Part shown: positions 23,599 through 36,076 of the stretch, one piece after another
Layout: each line of letters begins with the position of its first letter
How positions within the stretch are numbered: position 1 is the first letter of the stretch
Assembly: GCA_010015805.1 (NCBI GenBank)
Contig: ML978126.1
Location: forward strand, 1,240,001-1,304,000
Length of the DNA stretch: 64,000 nucleotides
Reading direction: 5' to 3'
DNA from: Rhizodiscina lignyota
Lineage: Eukaryota
Translations under genes and position numbers: made by a program
Notes under the pieces: generated by a model
What the model saw: only the letters and a program-made list of their open reading frames with translations
Databases searched by the model: none
Told to the model about the DNA's origin: nothing

Positions 23599-25413
23599 CT
23601 ATAATGTAAACCATGGACCTTTGGCTCTAACCTTTTCGCCTTTCCACATGAACAGGAGCCAGCCGATGGGCGCTGTGACAATTGGCAGAAGCGCGAACAC
23701 GATATACGGTACCTTGGCCCCTGCAGGGCCCGCAATCCATTGAGGGACGTAGAATGGAGGACAGTAGGCCATAATGTTGATGCAGCATTGGAACACAATC
23801 GACACCTCGGGAGCCTTGTCTGGATAGCAGTCGCATGTGTATGTCATCAACACTGTGAGCAAGATTTCTTGTCCCGCAGTGAAGATACCAATGCCCGTAA
23901 GAGTCGCAGCCCAACCAGTTGGATAATTGAGCTCAAGTCCATAGAGCAGCAGCCCAGCCGACGTTAGAACAAGCCCGGTAGCAGCAACAGGGAGAATTTG
24001 TTCTGGCTTCCAATCCCCTCCCTTTTTCAGGTGCCGTTTGGCGACAAAGTCGCACACTGGACCGGCTACCAGCTCTCCACAGACAGCGCCAATTAGACCG
24101 GAGAATGAACAGAATCCAATTTGTCGCGCGTTGAAATGATAGCGGCTCGGCTCACCAAAGTTAAGAGCAAAACCTGCCGTATTGGCGACTTCAGTCATCT
24201 GCGCAATGGAGAACCACAAGGCGGGAAAGAATACAGCCGGATACGCGAACATGGCAAAAGGACGTAGGTACGTGTACAGCCAGGAGTCGTTCTTGGTCGC
24301 TGTCGGCTTCTTAAACCCGAGACTGTAGGCGAACGTAGGCTTGGGGTTTTCAGCTGCGGCTCGGGCTTCCTTGCGATTGAATATCGTCTCGGGAACTACG
24401 ACGCTAATCAGTACGGTGCTCTTGAAATCATTCTACGTTACTAGAGTGATGAATTGGAAAATTGCTCAGTTGTATTGATGTTGTCGTCTTGTAAATGGAA
24501 TTACAGATCGGATTTTGTGGGTGAATTATCGTCACAGTTCGGACGCCCTCGAAAGACGCCAGGGATAGAGTAAAACACGGGAAAGCTTACCGAACAGGAA
24601 TTGGCAGACTAACTGCAATCCAAGTAAGATTGCAGATATGTACATTGACCAGCGCCAGCCGAGATGCGTGTTGAATGCTACTGCTCCGCCTGCTATTCCT
24701 CCAATATATGGTGCGCAGACGAGCAAGAAGGTATTAATTCCCATCCGGGATCCTTTCTCGTGCTGGAAAAACATATCGCTGATAGCAGCGGGACCAATGC
24801 AAATGGCAGCAGAGTCTGAGAGCGCCATCATGACGCGAGTTGCGACAGCCTGTCCGTACGTATCCGATGTTGCGACTGTAATTGAGAAAACAATGGCCAA
24901 TGTAGTCCCAGCCAAAAGGACTGGCCGTCGTCCAAACTTTCGTGACAGCGGAATCCAGACGAAAGGCGCAACAGCCGGTACTATCGATGCACTCGACGCA
25001 ATATAAGTGGCCTTCCGGGGTGTAGTATGAAACTGATGCGCAAGGATATTGGAAGCAGATGCAAGAATTGTCGCCGTAAATTTGACGAAAAATGATCCAA
25101 ACGCCAGCACGATCAAGGCTGCGTGCTTTTTCCAAAAAGGCCAGTTCTGCGAAATGAATCAGCGAGTGTCAATGTTATATCAAGAAAAATACGAGTCAAG
25201 CGATGCACGCACGAGTGGTTCATCGGGATCATCTGTTGGCTGAGGAATAAGGACAATTCCATCTTTGGTTGTCTTGAGGTTGCTGTCTCGCTTTTCCAAG
25301 TCGCGGTACGACGCGCCTGGAGACACCTCTTGTACGTCGGCATCTCCATCAAAGGCTTTCGCGGGAACAGTCTCGGTGACAGTGTCCTTCTCGGGCTCGT
25401 GTACTGATGACAT
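23599..25413 (-). CDS. MFS transporter (3 exons)
   Basis: PQPTDDPDEPL|NWPFWKK, motif A LSRKFGRRPVLL, GWRW, VPET. Introns 25147-25212 and 24396-24590. Confidence 0.9.
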
Positions 25414-25990
25414 GATGATTGCAGTCTTAACTGACTTCAAGCCACACTTGAGGAGTAAGAACTGTAACGGGACAGCCGCGGACACAGGTAACTGGAGCAG
25501 TACCAGAATGATGGGACCCAAGTACGCAGGACCGTTCTCAAAATGTACTTGCTCGCAGACCGATTGGAAATATCAAATGCCGATCACGTCCATGCATATT
25601 TACAAAGCATTCCCTCTCTATCGCGCCTGTAGAAACGTGGTGAAGGTTATCAGACACGTTGCGGATGCTAGGCGTGCGCGCCCAGACTTCCGGATATTTG
25701 CCATCTTTAGATAGCTCCAGGTGGCTGTCTAGCCTGCGAGTGGCCAGAGCTTCAGAATATACAGCTCAATGTGTGGCGCTGGGAATCAGGCTGGTCGGTT
25801 GCTTGCTTGCGTGGGGGATGAAGGAGTGAATGTTCAAGGTTGGTGCAAGGAGTCTTATCAAAATTTTGCTCGGGCCGACATCGGACTCTTCAGGGGCTGA
25901 GACTCCTTAGACCTAGTCTGCGGCTCTTTACAAGCGAGCCATCACCAAATTTTTATATTCTCCTGTATAAGCGACTTGAGGGCTCCCAGG

Positions 25991-26006
25991 CGCAAGCCGG
26001 CTGCCG
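25991..26006 (-). promoter_or_regulatory. Putative Zn2Cys6 site variant in MFS/oxoprolinase divergent promoter
   Basis: Minus strand CGGCAGCCGGCTTGCG; the first 11 nt are identical to the 21195 site. Confidence 0.4.
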
Positions 26007-26276
26007 AATCTTCTGCAATGTGAACTGTCACATCGCTTGCCGGCTTGCGCGGGTGCCGAATACCCCGTCCTCTCATCAGCATCATCCACGTCTTTGACTC
26101 GACTATGGCGTGTCGGGCGAGAATGTAGGAAACCATTATGTACCTCAAAATGTTCCTCAACAGAAGGTGGCATTTGAGCCATCACTCTATATCCGCTACC
26201 TCATCATCATACCTGCAGTTTTCCAACTCCACTGAAGGCGATACTGCATCTCGTCGCGAGAAACGCGTAACTTGGG

Positions 26277-29200
26277 ATGCCAGGAATACCTGAACAGGAT
26301 GGTATTAACATCGCCATTGATCGTGGCGGGACATTTACAGATGTCTGGGCCTCGATACCGGGCCGTGAAGATGACTTGATTATCAAGCTACTTTCGCATG
26401 ATCCTGCGAACTACTCAGATGCCCCTACTGAAGGGATCAGGAGGGTCCTTGAGATAGCTGGGAACGAAAAGATACCGAGAGGCGATCCTCTCGATCTCTC
26501 CTCCGTGTCAAATATTCGTATGGGAACGACTGTGGCGACGAACTCTCTTCTCGAAAGGAATGGAGAGAGATCGGCACTTCTCATCACGAAGGGGTTTCGT
26601 GACCTTTTGCTCATCGGAAACCAAGCTCGTCCAGATATCTTCGATCTCACTGTGGCCAAACCGGATGTCTTGTACGAAACGGTAGTCGAGGTCGATGAAC
26701 GTGTCACGCTCGAAGCCTTCACAGAAGATCCGGATAAAGCACAGGTTGACGTCAGTTCAGATCCAGCACTGGTTCATGGCGTTTCTGGTGAGGTCGTCCG
26801 CATCCTGAAGAAGCCTGATCTTGGCTCTGTCAGAAAAGAAATTGAACAATTGCACCGAGATGGCTTCCGGAGTTTAAGCATCTGCTTCCTTCACAGTTAC
26901 ACTTACCCAGAGCACGAACTTCAGGTCGCGGAAATAGCGAAGGCGTATGGTATGAGTGTCTCCGTAAGCTCGGTACTGCAACCCATGGTAAGTGCTTTCG
27001 CATCTCCTGAATGGAAAGTTGAATACTGATGTGATAGACAGATCAAGACGGTTCCCAGAGGTCAGTCTGCGACCGCAGATGCATATCTAACACCAATCAC
27101 CCAGAGATACATTCAAGGTTTCTCTAAGGGCTTCCGTGGCGGTCTAGAAGGATCAACAACCACGAGGTGTGATTTTATGCAGAGCGATGGCGGTCTTGTT
27201 GATTTCCGCAAGGTATCAGGATTGAAGGCGATACTATCAGGACCCGCCGGTGGCGTTGTGGGATTTGCAAGAACGTCTTACGACTCCGAAACAGGCAGAC
27301 CGATCATTGGACTCGACATGGGCGGTACAAGCACCGATGTGAGCAGATATGCAGGATCTTACGAGCATATTTTCGAGACCACCACAGCTGGAGTGTCTCT
27401 CCAGACTCCCCAACTCGATATCAACACAGTTGCAGCAGGAGGCGGGTCCAAGCTCGCTTGGGAGAATGGGCTCTTCAAGGCTGGACCAGCGAGTGCTGGA
27501 GCCCACCCTGGGCCCGCTTGCTATAGAAAGGGAGGGCCTTTGACCGTTACGGATGCCAACCTATGTTTGGGCCGACTTATCCCGGACTACTTTCCAAAGA
27601 TATTTGGAAAGAACGAGGATCAAGAGCTCGATTCTGAAGCGACCCGCCGTTTGTTTGACCACATTACTACGGAGGTGAATGCGGATCTGCCAGTAGAGGC
27701 AACCAAGCTTTCCACTGAGGAAGTTGCTGCAGGGTTCCTTAGAGTTGCAAATGAAAGTATGTGCAGAGCTATCCGAACCTTGACAGAAGCCCGTGGTCAT
27801 GATGCAGCACGTCATGACTTGGCTGTCTTTGGCGGTGCAGGTGGCCAACATGCTTGCGACATCGCGTCAAACCTTGGAATTGAACGAATCATTATCCACA
27901 AGTACAGCTCAATCCTCTCGGCTTACGGTCTTGCGCTTGCAGATCTGGTCTGCGATGTGCAAGATCCTCTGTCGTGTCCGTTCAGCGACGCCAATGTGCC
28001 ACAGATCAAGCGTAAAGCAGAGGATCTGCTATCCCGCGCAATGGCAGACTTGAAAAGCCAGGGTCTGACCGACGAAGGCCTTATTGAGTTTGAGACATAC
28101 CTCAACATGCGCTACGACGGCTCCGATACCAATATCATGATATTGAAATCTGGCGAAGACTGGGATCTAGGAAATGCTTTCATTAATCGTCATCGCGAGG
28201 AATTTGGCTTTACAATGCCGAGAGAGGTGTATGTGGAAGATGTAAGAGTTCGTGCGGTTGGCAAGAGTACGACCCATTCGTCAGCTATATCTCCAGCCAA
28301 AGAATTCAGCAAGCTGCAAAAAGGAGCTGTTTCGGACAGCTCTTCAGCGGGCCGAAGATCGGTGTACTTTGAAACCACCGGTTGGAGAGATTCGCCTGTT
28401 TACCTTCTTAGCTCTCTGAAACCCGGCGATCAGGTATCGGGCCCAGCAATCATTATTGATAATACGCAAACCATCTTGGTCACTCCCGGTGCGACTGCAA
28501 CGGCACTAAACAACCACATCGTCATTGATCTTCAAAAGAAAGCATCTCAGTCAGTTCCAGGGTTGCCGACCGTCGTCGATCCCGTCCAGCTTTCTGTCTT
28601 TGGCCACCGTTTTATGGGAATCGCAGAGCAAATGGGTCGCACGCTGCAAAAAACCAGCGTAAGCACGAACATCAAGGAGCGTCTAGATTTCTCCTGCGCT
28701 CTGTTTTCTGCAGATGGCAAGCTAGTTGCCAATGCTCCCCATGTGCCTGTCCATCTTGGTAGCATGCAATACGCGGTCCTGTGGCAGCACGAGCATTGGA
28801 AAGGACGATTGAAAGAGGGCGATGTTTTAGTCTCCAATCATCCAGTTTGTGGGGGGACTCATCTCCCTGACATCACAGTGATAACGCCATACTTTGAAAA
28901 TGGGCAAATCATGTTCTATGTTGCTTCCCGCGGCCACCATGCGGATATTGGAGGTATCCAAGCTGGTTCACTACCGCCAAATTCGACCGAACTGTGGCAA
29001 GAGGGCGCCGCTATCATGTCTGTCAAGCTGGTTGAGAATGGTGTCTTTGATGAAGAGGCCATGGAAGAGCATCTTTTACGTCGTCCAGCTCAGTATCCTG
29101 GGTGCAGTGGAGCACGCAATCTTTCCGATAATCTTGCGGATCTCAGGGCATCCGTAGGAGCGAATCAGAAAGGAATCAATCTAATCCGACAGTTGAGCAA

Positions 29201-30421
29201 GGAATACAGTCTTGATACACTTTTAGTAAGTAAACAGCGATTTTCTCCTGTTGCGTCTACTGACCAGAAATTTCAGTTCTATATGAAAGCCATTCAAGAA
29301 AACGCTGAGGTCTCTGTGCGGGCTCTCATGAAGTCGACATATGACAGGTTCGGGGGCAGACCTTTGGAGGCAATCGATTACATGGACGATGGCAGCCCAA
29401 TCAAGTTGACGATTACCATCAATCGAGATGATGGCTCTGCGGACTTCGATTTCACTGGCACTGGACCAGAGGTATATGGTTCTACGAACGCACCTCCATC
29501 CGTTTCATACAGCGCAATCATCTATGTCCTACGCGCCCTGATCGCAACCGATATACCCATGAATCAAGGGTGCCTCACGCCAATCAATGTCATTCTCCCA
29601 CCTCGCACCATTCTTTCACCATCTCCAGAGGCCGCTGTAGTAGGCGGTAACTGCGTTACCTCGCAGCGCGTGGTCGATGTCATTCTCCGCGCGTTTGATG
29701 CGTGCGCTGCCAGTCAGGGTGACTTGAACAACTTGACCTTTGGGGTGAGCAGCCGCATTGAAGACGGAAAGTACAAACCTGGCTACGGCTATTATGAGAC
29801 GTTGGCAGGAGGTGCCGGAGCGGGAAATGGATGGAACGGCACCTCTGGAGTCCATGTTCACATGACGAACACGCGCATCACCGACCCTGAGATCTTCGAG
29901 AGGAGATATCCTTGCATCTTGAGGGAGTTTGGTTTGAGGAAAGGTATGTACCACCTTTGCAGAACCACAGTTATTGGGAAAGAGACTATTCTGATTCCTT
30001 GATAGGAAGTGGTGGCAGAGGACAATACCCCGGCGGTGAAGGCTGTATTAGAGACATCGAGTTTCGCCGACCAGTGGCCGCTGCAATCTTGTCAGACCGT
30101 CGAGTGAATCATCCATATGGCCTCCATGGTGGTGAGGACGGGGCAAAGGGGCTCAACCTCTTTATCAAGAAGACTCCTGAAGGGGCAGAGAGAGTTATCA
30201 ACCTAGGTCCAAAGAACGCCATCCAGGCGGCGGTCGGAGATCGAATGGTTATCATGACTCCCGGAGGCGGAGGATATGGCGCGGTCTTGGATGATTCTCA
30301 AAAGAATGGAGACGTGATCGTCAATGGAGTGCACAGACTGGACCTTTCTGGCACGAAAGCGGCCCCATTCCGAGCAAGTGGCAGCCTGTCTGGGAGAGCA
30401 GCTATGCAAAACAGCAATTGA
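26277..30421 (+). CDS. OXP1: 5-oxoprolinase (ATP-hydrolysing; hydantoinase A+B fusion), OXP1-like
   Basis: IDRGGTFTD, DMGGTSTDV, HRFMGIAEQMG, NIKERLDFSCA, GGTHLPDIT, HMTNTRITDPE, TPGGGGYG. Introns 26988-27041, 29226-29276 and 29944-30005. Confidence 0.95.
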
Positions 30422-31096
30422 GGACCCAGATCTAGAAGCAAACCAATGTTGAATACTTTGCTATGAGAGATCAACCCAAGCTCTGGGCAAGTCTCTCTAC
30501 ACCGTGCTTATCCACCAAAGTTTTACCCCACCAGACATGGGATGGGACGGCTCGAGACTTAGTCATCACTTAGTCAGCGACTAGACGGACGTCAGATCGT
30601 TGCAAATGGACTTCAATTGTAGAGAAAACATCAGATACCTTTCGGATTAAGATTCTCAGTGTCTCCAAATGTCTTATACACCTTTCGAGACTGGAAATGA
30701 CTCCACTTGTTCTTATTACATAACGCATGATACTGTGTGACAAACTGCCGCATGGGCCGCAAGGCCGCACCAAGGAGACCCCGATTAAGCCTTGACCAGG
30801 CTTGTATCTTCAGCCATGCAAACACTCACAAGCCAAGATCACTGCCACCCAATATAGTAATCTCCAGAGCCAATTCTAACGGGATCCTATTGCGCCGGAA
30901 TTTCGTACGCCCGGCACCGCTTATCATTCCGGGAGTCAAGGCGGAGGAGGGCGATCGACTAGACGTTTCCTACATTAAGCATCTAGCCTCTATACTCATC
31001 CTCTTCCTCAAACTTTAACTTATCCCCCAAGCTCTCATTGTTTGCGTTCTGTTCTTCGCGCCATTTTGACACCTTTGTAGAGCATCCGCTCTTGAG

Positions 31097-33358
31097 ATGC
31101 CTTCACGGCGCGTACCTCCTGAGCGTCGTAAGCGGACTGAGATAAGCTGTGACCGGTGTAAATCCCGAAAGCAGAAATGTCACAAACCTTTGGATCAGCA
31201 AGCTTGTCGATACTGCCAGACCCATGGTTTCGACTGTGTTACGACACAGCCGCGCAAGAAGCGCATATTTGCTTCGGTGGAGGGTCTTGGCGCGCGGCTT
31301 ACTCTACTGGAATGCCTGGTCAAAGGTCTGGTTCCAGAAGTCGATACATCAAGCCTGGAAGAGATGCGTAATTTGGGCCAGTCTCTTGGTATTCCGCTTC
31401 CACCAACGGAGCCCCCGCCTCGGGAACGAGAGGAGAGCCCAAGTCCTGATCATCAGAGTCAGCAGGACGACGCGCCGGTTCTTCGCGATCAACAAGGCCA
31501 AACACAATACATTGGACCCGCCAGCAGTTATCTGTTCCAGATCAAGGTTCGGACTCTTTTCAATCAAGGCCAACAATTACCCAAGCCGAATCAATTCCTT
31601 CTCTTTGGCCAGAATCCAACAGAACGAGTCAGCATGAGTGATGTATCACTACTTGGAAGAGAACGAAGTACAAGCAAAAGCGTGGCACCTGAATTGTCAG
31701 AAGCTTCACCACAAACTCGAAGGCATTCAACACCCCAGGCCTCTAACGCTTCAATGCCACCTCCATCCACAGGGGCAGCGGCACCAGAGGGCTCGGATAC
31801 ACCCCCAATGTCAGACGCGTTGATAGCAGCATATTTCGAATCCGTGCAGCCTGATTTCCCACTTCTTCATGAGGCAACATTTCGAGAGGAATATGAACGA
31901 TTCTGCATTTCGCCCGAAACGTCGAGCATGGATCCTACTTGGCTTTGCATTCTGCTGTGCGTCCTGATACTTGCTCGCCGGGTTGCAAATCCAGAGACTC
32001 TCCAACTGCAAAATGCTCAAGAGATGGAGGAGAAGTGGTGGCGCGAGGTGCAAACATTGTTGCCAGGAGTCCTATTCACCTCTAGTATTTCCGCTGTTCA
32101 GGCGTTGATGCTCGCCGGACTCCATCTGCACAACACTAACCATCGAGATGCCTGTTGGACATTGACAGCTGCCGCTGTACGAATTGCGATGGCAATTGGG
32201 CTGCATCGAGAGACCAACAAGTCACTATACACGCCACTGATGCGTGAAATGCGCAAGCGCCTCTGGTGGACGTTGTACGAATTTGAGCAGATGCAAGCAT
32301 CCTCGCACGATCGGCCTAGTGCCATTGATGATTCCATCTGCTCAACTGGGACGCCGCGCGAGGCTATATTGGGAATGAGAGGAGACTTCATGCAGTACTC
32401 GAATCGTTTGGCTGTCATGCTTGGACAGGCTTGCAAAATAATACGAAATGCTGTATCATCGGATCCTCACGATGTGTACCGTGGTCCTCTCTCGCCGGCA
32501 GCCGCACTACTCAGAGACCTCATGAGATGGAAAGAGACTCTTCCGCCTCAGTTACGCCTTGAACATGCAGACGGAAAGTCACCATCTTTTCGACGGTCTG
32601 TTCTGCTTCTGCATATTCAACATCATCACGTCGTCACTGTTCTGTCGCGAAATGCTTTACTCTACATGGCAGCCAAAGTTAACGACAGCGAAATAGCCAC
32701 GTCGAAAGATACACTCTCAATGGCAGAAGTCTGCATCGATGCTGGTCGACAAGCGTGCCTCTTGCTCCTGAAACTGGATTCAATGGCTCAGTTCAACGCC
32801 GTCACGTGGTGGGACGTTTATCATCTTTACAGCTCCGCGATGATACTAGTATTAGCGATTATATACGATGTACGACAACATGGCTATAGTGATGCCGATG
32901 AGCTACCCGAATCATTAGTGGAGTCACGGTCACTGCTTCACCAGTGTGCGCAGCTTGCAATGAAGCACCTTCAGAACCCCCGAGTGCCAGGCACGATGAA
33001 TCGCTGGGCGACTGTGGTTTCGGAGATCACCACCATGACGGACGAATTTGTGCGCAGATCAACTTCTCAGGTTGACGAACAGAATGAGAATGGGACGGAG
33101 AGGGGTCTAATACTAGGGAGCGGAGCAACAGAGAACTTCTCGGGTCCTTCAATGTATGGCTTCGACCAACAACCCCATCCATATTCAAGACAGGCGATGT
33201 TTGGCGACTTCCACATCGACAATGAAGGCGCAATCCTAGCTCCTAGCAATACTATGGTCGGTTCGTCGTACTTGATTCCGAATTCTACTTTACCGTGGCA
33301 TGAGGAGCATTGGAGAGATATCGCGGGTATGTTACTTGGAGGTGATTTTGGGGTTTAA
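31097..33358 (+). CDS. Zn2Cys6 transcription factor with fungal-specific TF domain
   Basis: CDRCKSRKQKC..CRYCQTHGFDC; AVRIAMAIGLHR..RKRLWWTLY; intronless 753 aa. Confidence 0.95.
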   Translation: MPSRRVPPERRKRTEISCDRCKSRKQKCHKPLDQQACRYCQTHGFDCVTTQPRKKRIFASVEGLGARLTLLECLVKGLVPEVDTSSLEEMRNLGQSLGIPLPPTEPPPREREESPSPDHQSQQDDAPVLRDQQGQTQYIGPASSYLFQIKVRTLFNQGQQLPKPNQFLLFGQNPTERVSMSDVSLLGRERSTSKSVAPELSEASPQTRRHSTPQASNASMPPPSTGAAAPEGSDTPPMSDALIAAYFESVQPDFPLLHEATFREEYERFCISPETSSMDPTWLCILLCVLILARRVANPETLQLQNAQEMEEKWWREVQTLLPGVLFTSSISAVQALMLAGLHLHNTNHRDACWTLTAAAVRIAMAIGLHRETNKSLYTPLMREMRKRLWWTLYEFEQMQASSHDRPSAIDDSICSTGTPREAILGMRGDFMQYSNRLAVMLGQACKIIRNAVSSDPHDVYRGPLSPAAALLRDLMRWKETLPPQLRLEHADGKSPSFRRSVLLLHIQHHHVVTVLSRNALLYMAAKVNDSEIATSKDTLSMAEVCIDAGRQACLLLLKLDSMAQFNAVTWWDVYHLYSSAMILVLAIIYDVRQHGYSDADELPESLVESRSLLHQCAQLAMKHLQNPRVPGTMNRWATVVSEITTMTDEFVRRSTSQVDEQNENGTERGLILGSGATENFSGPSMYGFDQQPHPYSRQAMFGDFHIDNEGAILAPSNTMVGSSYLIPNSTLPWHEEHWRDIAGMLLGGDFGV

Positions 33359-34182
33359 TTTTGGTATCCAGGGATTCAATATCAAGGTTCCGGGGAGTTA
33401 AGGACGGACAATGGGCCGGGTTTGTCGGTACATCGGCTTTTTGTGGGAATCTTTTTGGGCGATGACTCTCTTTCCACATTGGAGCAGTATACCAAGCCTG
33501 TCTAGGGTTAGTACGAAATTTTGTCGTGATTCGTGAAGCTATGCATTACTCGCCAATACGGTTTGGACGTGGGCCATGACTTCTTATCTTGAAGTTGGTG
33601 GCACCACAAAACTGCTCCTTGAGATGTGGTTTCGAATCTATTATTGTACTTTTAACGCCTTGCCTTCACGGCATTCTCACATTTCAGACTTTTTACTGTA
33701 CCTCAAGCTTCGATCGTGTAAGTGACGTCATTCCGGTCGGAACGGTTGAGCTTGCCCGAACTTCTTCGTTTTCGCGAGACATCTCTACCTGCCACCCCGC
33801 TTCTCCTTTCATTGCTTCATAGACCAATCGACCAACGTATCTCGGGAGTTTCCCCGTTTCATCGATTCCCGCTTAAGCTTATTTAGCCGTTCTTGAGCAT
33901 GGCTTCAAGATCCGGACTGCGGGGGAGCAGCGGGGCCTGCAGCACAAATTGCCAACTGACGTGAATCAGGAGAACATTCAGCGAAAATCTTCACCCAAGC
34001 GAAGTACGGCGGTAACTCTACAATACTACATAGGTTTGAATGATATATCAGCACATCTTGTCCGCATTTCCGTGCGGCACAAAATGCTAGGTATAAGTAT
34101 GACTTTGCGGCCGCTACCTAACTTTCCGTCTCTTGGTCTCCCTCTATAAGTCTCGTGTTTCTGTCTCTTGTTACCTACTGTC

Positions 34183-36076
34183 ATGATGCGGTTTCATATC
34201 GTATTAGCAGCTCTCTTTGCCCGCGTCTCATTATGCTACCCTCCATCGAAATACGGTTCCGGTGCTCCAACTGCAAAAGTCAAGAATGGAACTTACCAAG
34301 GTTATTACGCCCCAGCCTACGACACTGACAACTTCTTGGGAATACCGTATGCGAAACCTCCTACTGAGAATCGGCGCTTCCGGGTTCCGCAATCACTTGA
34401 CAGCAGTTGGGAAGGTATTCGCGATGCCACTAAGTATGGCCCATTGTGTTATGGATATGGCTTCGATACTGTTAGTCAAGTAGGACAAGGTGGGTTTTCA
34501 GCTCGCCAGTAAGTTTAATCGAAGCTTACTCCTGCAGGCTCTACTGTCTCTGATGATTGTCTGACAATCAATGTCGTTCGTCCTGCAAATGCCAAGGGCA
34601 AGCTTCCGGTGGGCTTCTGGATGCACGGAGGTGGTCTTGTGATGGGCGGTTCGGCCGACAATCGATACAATTTGAGTTTCATCGTGGAAGAGTCTGCGAA
34701 AGCAGGAAGTCCCATCATTGGTGTCAGCATTAATTATCGTCTTTCTGCATGGGGGTTTTTGTATGGGAAGGAGGTGCAAAAATCAGGACAAACCAATCTC
34801 GGGTTCCGTGATCAACGGCTCGCGTTGCACTGGGTCCAAGAGAATATTGAAGCGTTTGGAGGTGACCCGTCCAAGGTATTCTTCTCCATATTTCTTCTCC
34901 GCGAATGGAACGGCAATGTCATTGACCGCTCTGAAGGTTACCATCTGGGGCGAGAGCAGTGGCGCAAATTCCGTTGGTGCACAACTACTTGCCTACGACG
35001 GCCGCGATGACAAGATCTTCTCCGGGGCCATTGCGGAGAGTGGTGCTCCTGCTCGTGTTAACCCCTATCCGACTCCGCAGTCATGGGAGCCCGTGTATCA
35101 GAGTTTGGCCGAAGCCGTTGGATGCAAAGGTGCTTCCGACACCCTTCAATGTCTACGCATTGTATCAGCAGAGGACTTGAACAACGCAATTAATTCGAGT
35201 GCGACAACGGGGGCGAGTTACGGGCCAGTCATCGATGGCGATTTTGTGCAAAAGGCGGCTAGCGTGCAGCTACAGAAGGGCGAATTTGTCAAAGTGCCGT
35301 ACATCATTGTACAGAATGCGGATGAGGGAACGATGTTCGGTCCTCATGGCGTCAATACGACCGAGGAGTTCTTGGCTTACCTCAAGGCGCAAGCCTTTGA
35401 TGATGAAACTTCCCAAACTCTGTCATACCTCTATCCGGACATTCCTGCAATTGGCATTCCCGGGACTTGGAAGGGGCGAGCGAATGCCAGCGCAACATAT
35501 GGCGTGCAGTACAAACGCTCTTCATCAGTCGGAGGCGACCTCTCGCAGCACGCTCCACGCCGTCTCACAACCCTGAGCTGGGCTGCGCAAAAGGTTCCAG
35601 TGTACAGCGGATACTTCGACGTGCTCGTTAATGGACAGCCGTACACTGCGGGTGCCACTCACTTCCAGGAAGTAGCATTCGTTTTCTACAACACAATGGG
35701 CTATGGCTATCCGCAGAACCTGCGTCCAAACCCTCTCGGTGGCATCCTTCGACCCCGATATCTTGCATTGGCCAAGATTATGACTAGGATGTGGATTGGA
35801 TTCATTAGCACCGGAAACCCGAACTCGGCGCTCGATGGTGTTGAAGCGGAGCACTGGCCGGCGTATACCCTTGAAGAACCTATGAATTATATGTTCGACG
35901 CAAACATGACGAGCCATCCGTTTGTGGATACGTACAGGGCCGAGGCGATAAACTATCTGATTGATATCATTATTGCGCGGGAGGGACGCAACTGTACCGG
36001 ATTGGCAGCCTGCAAAGCACCGTATGGTGTGAAGTACGGTAATACGGATGGACCGCCACCGCTTTTGCATTACTGA
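34183..36076 (+). CDS. Secreted type-B carboxylesterase/lipase
   Basis: Signal peptide, [25 protein letters not shown] oxyanion hole, GESSG nucleophile elbow, THFQEV. Introns 34490-34537 and 34876-34936. Confidence 0.93.

Noticed and set aside
29226..29276. Apparent peptide insertions in the oxoprolinase ORF (and at 49031-49084 in the CoA ligase)
   Set aside because: They are stop-free introns of 3n length with a clear donor and acceptor, not protein insertions or inteins.
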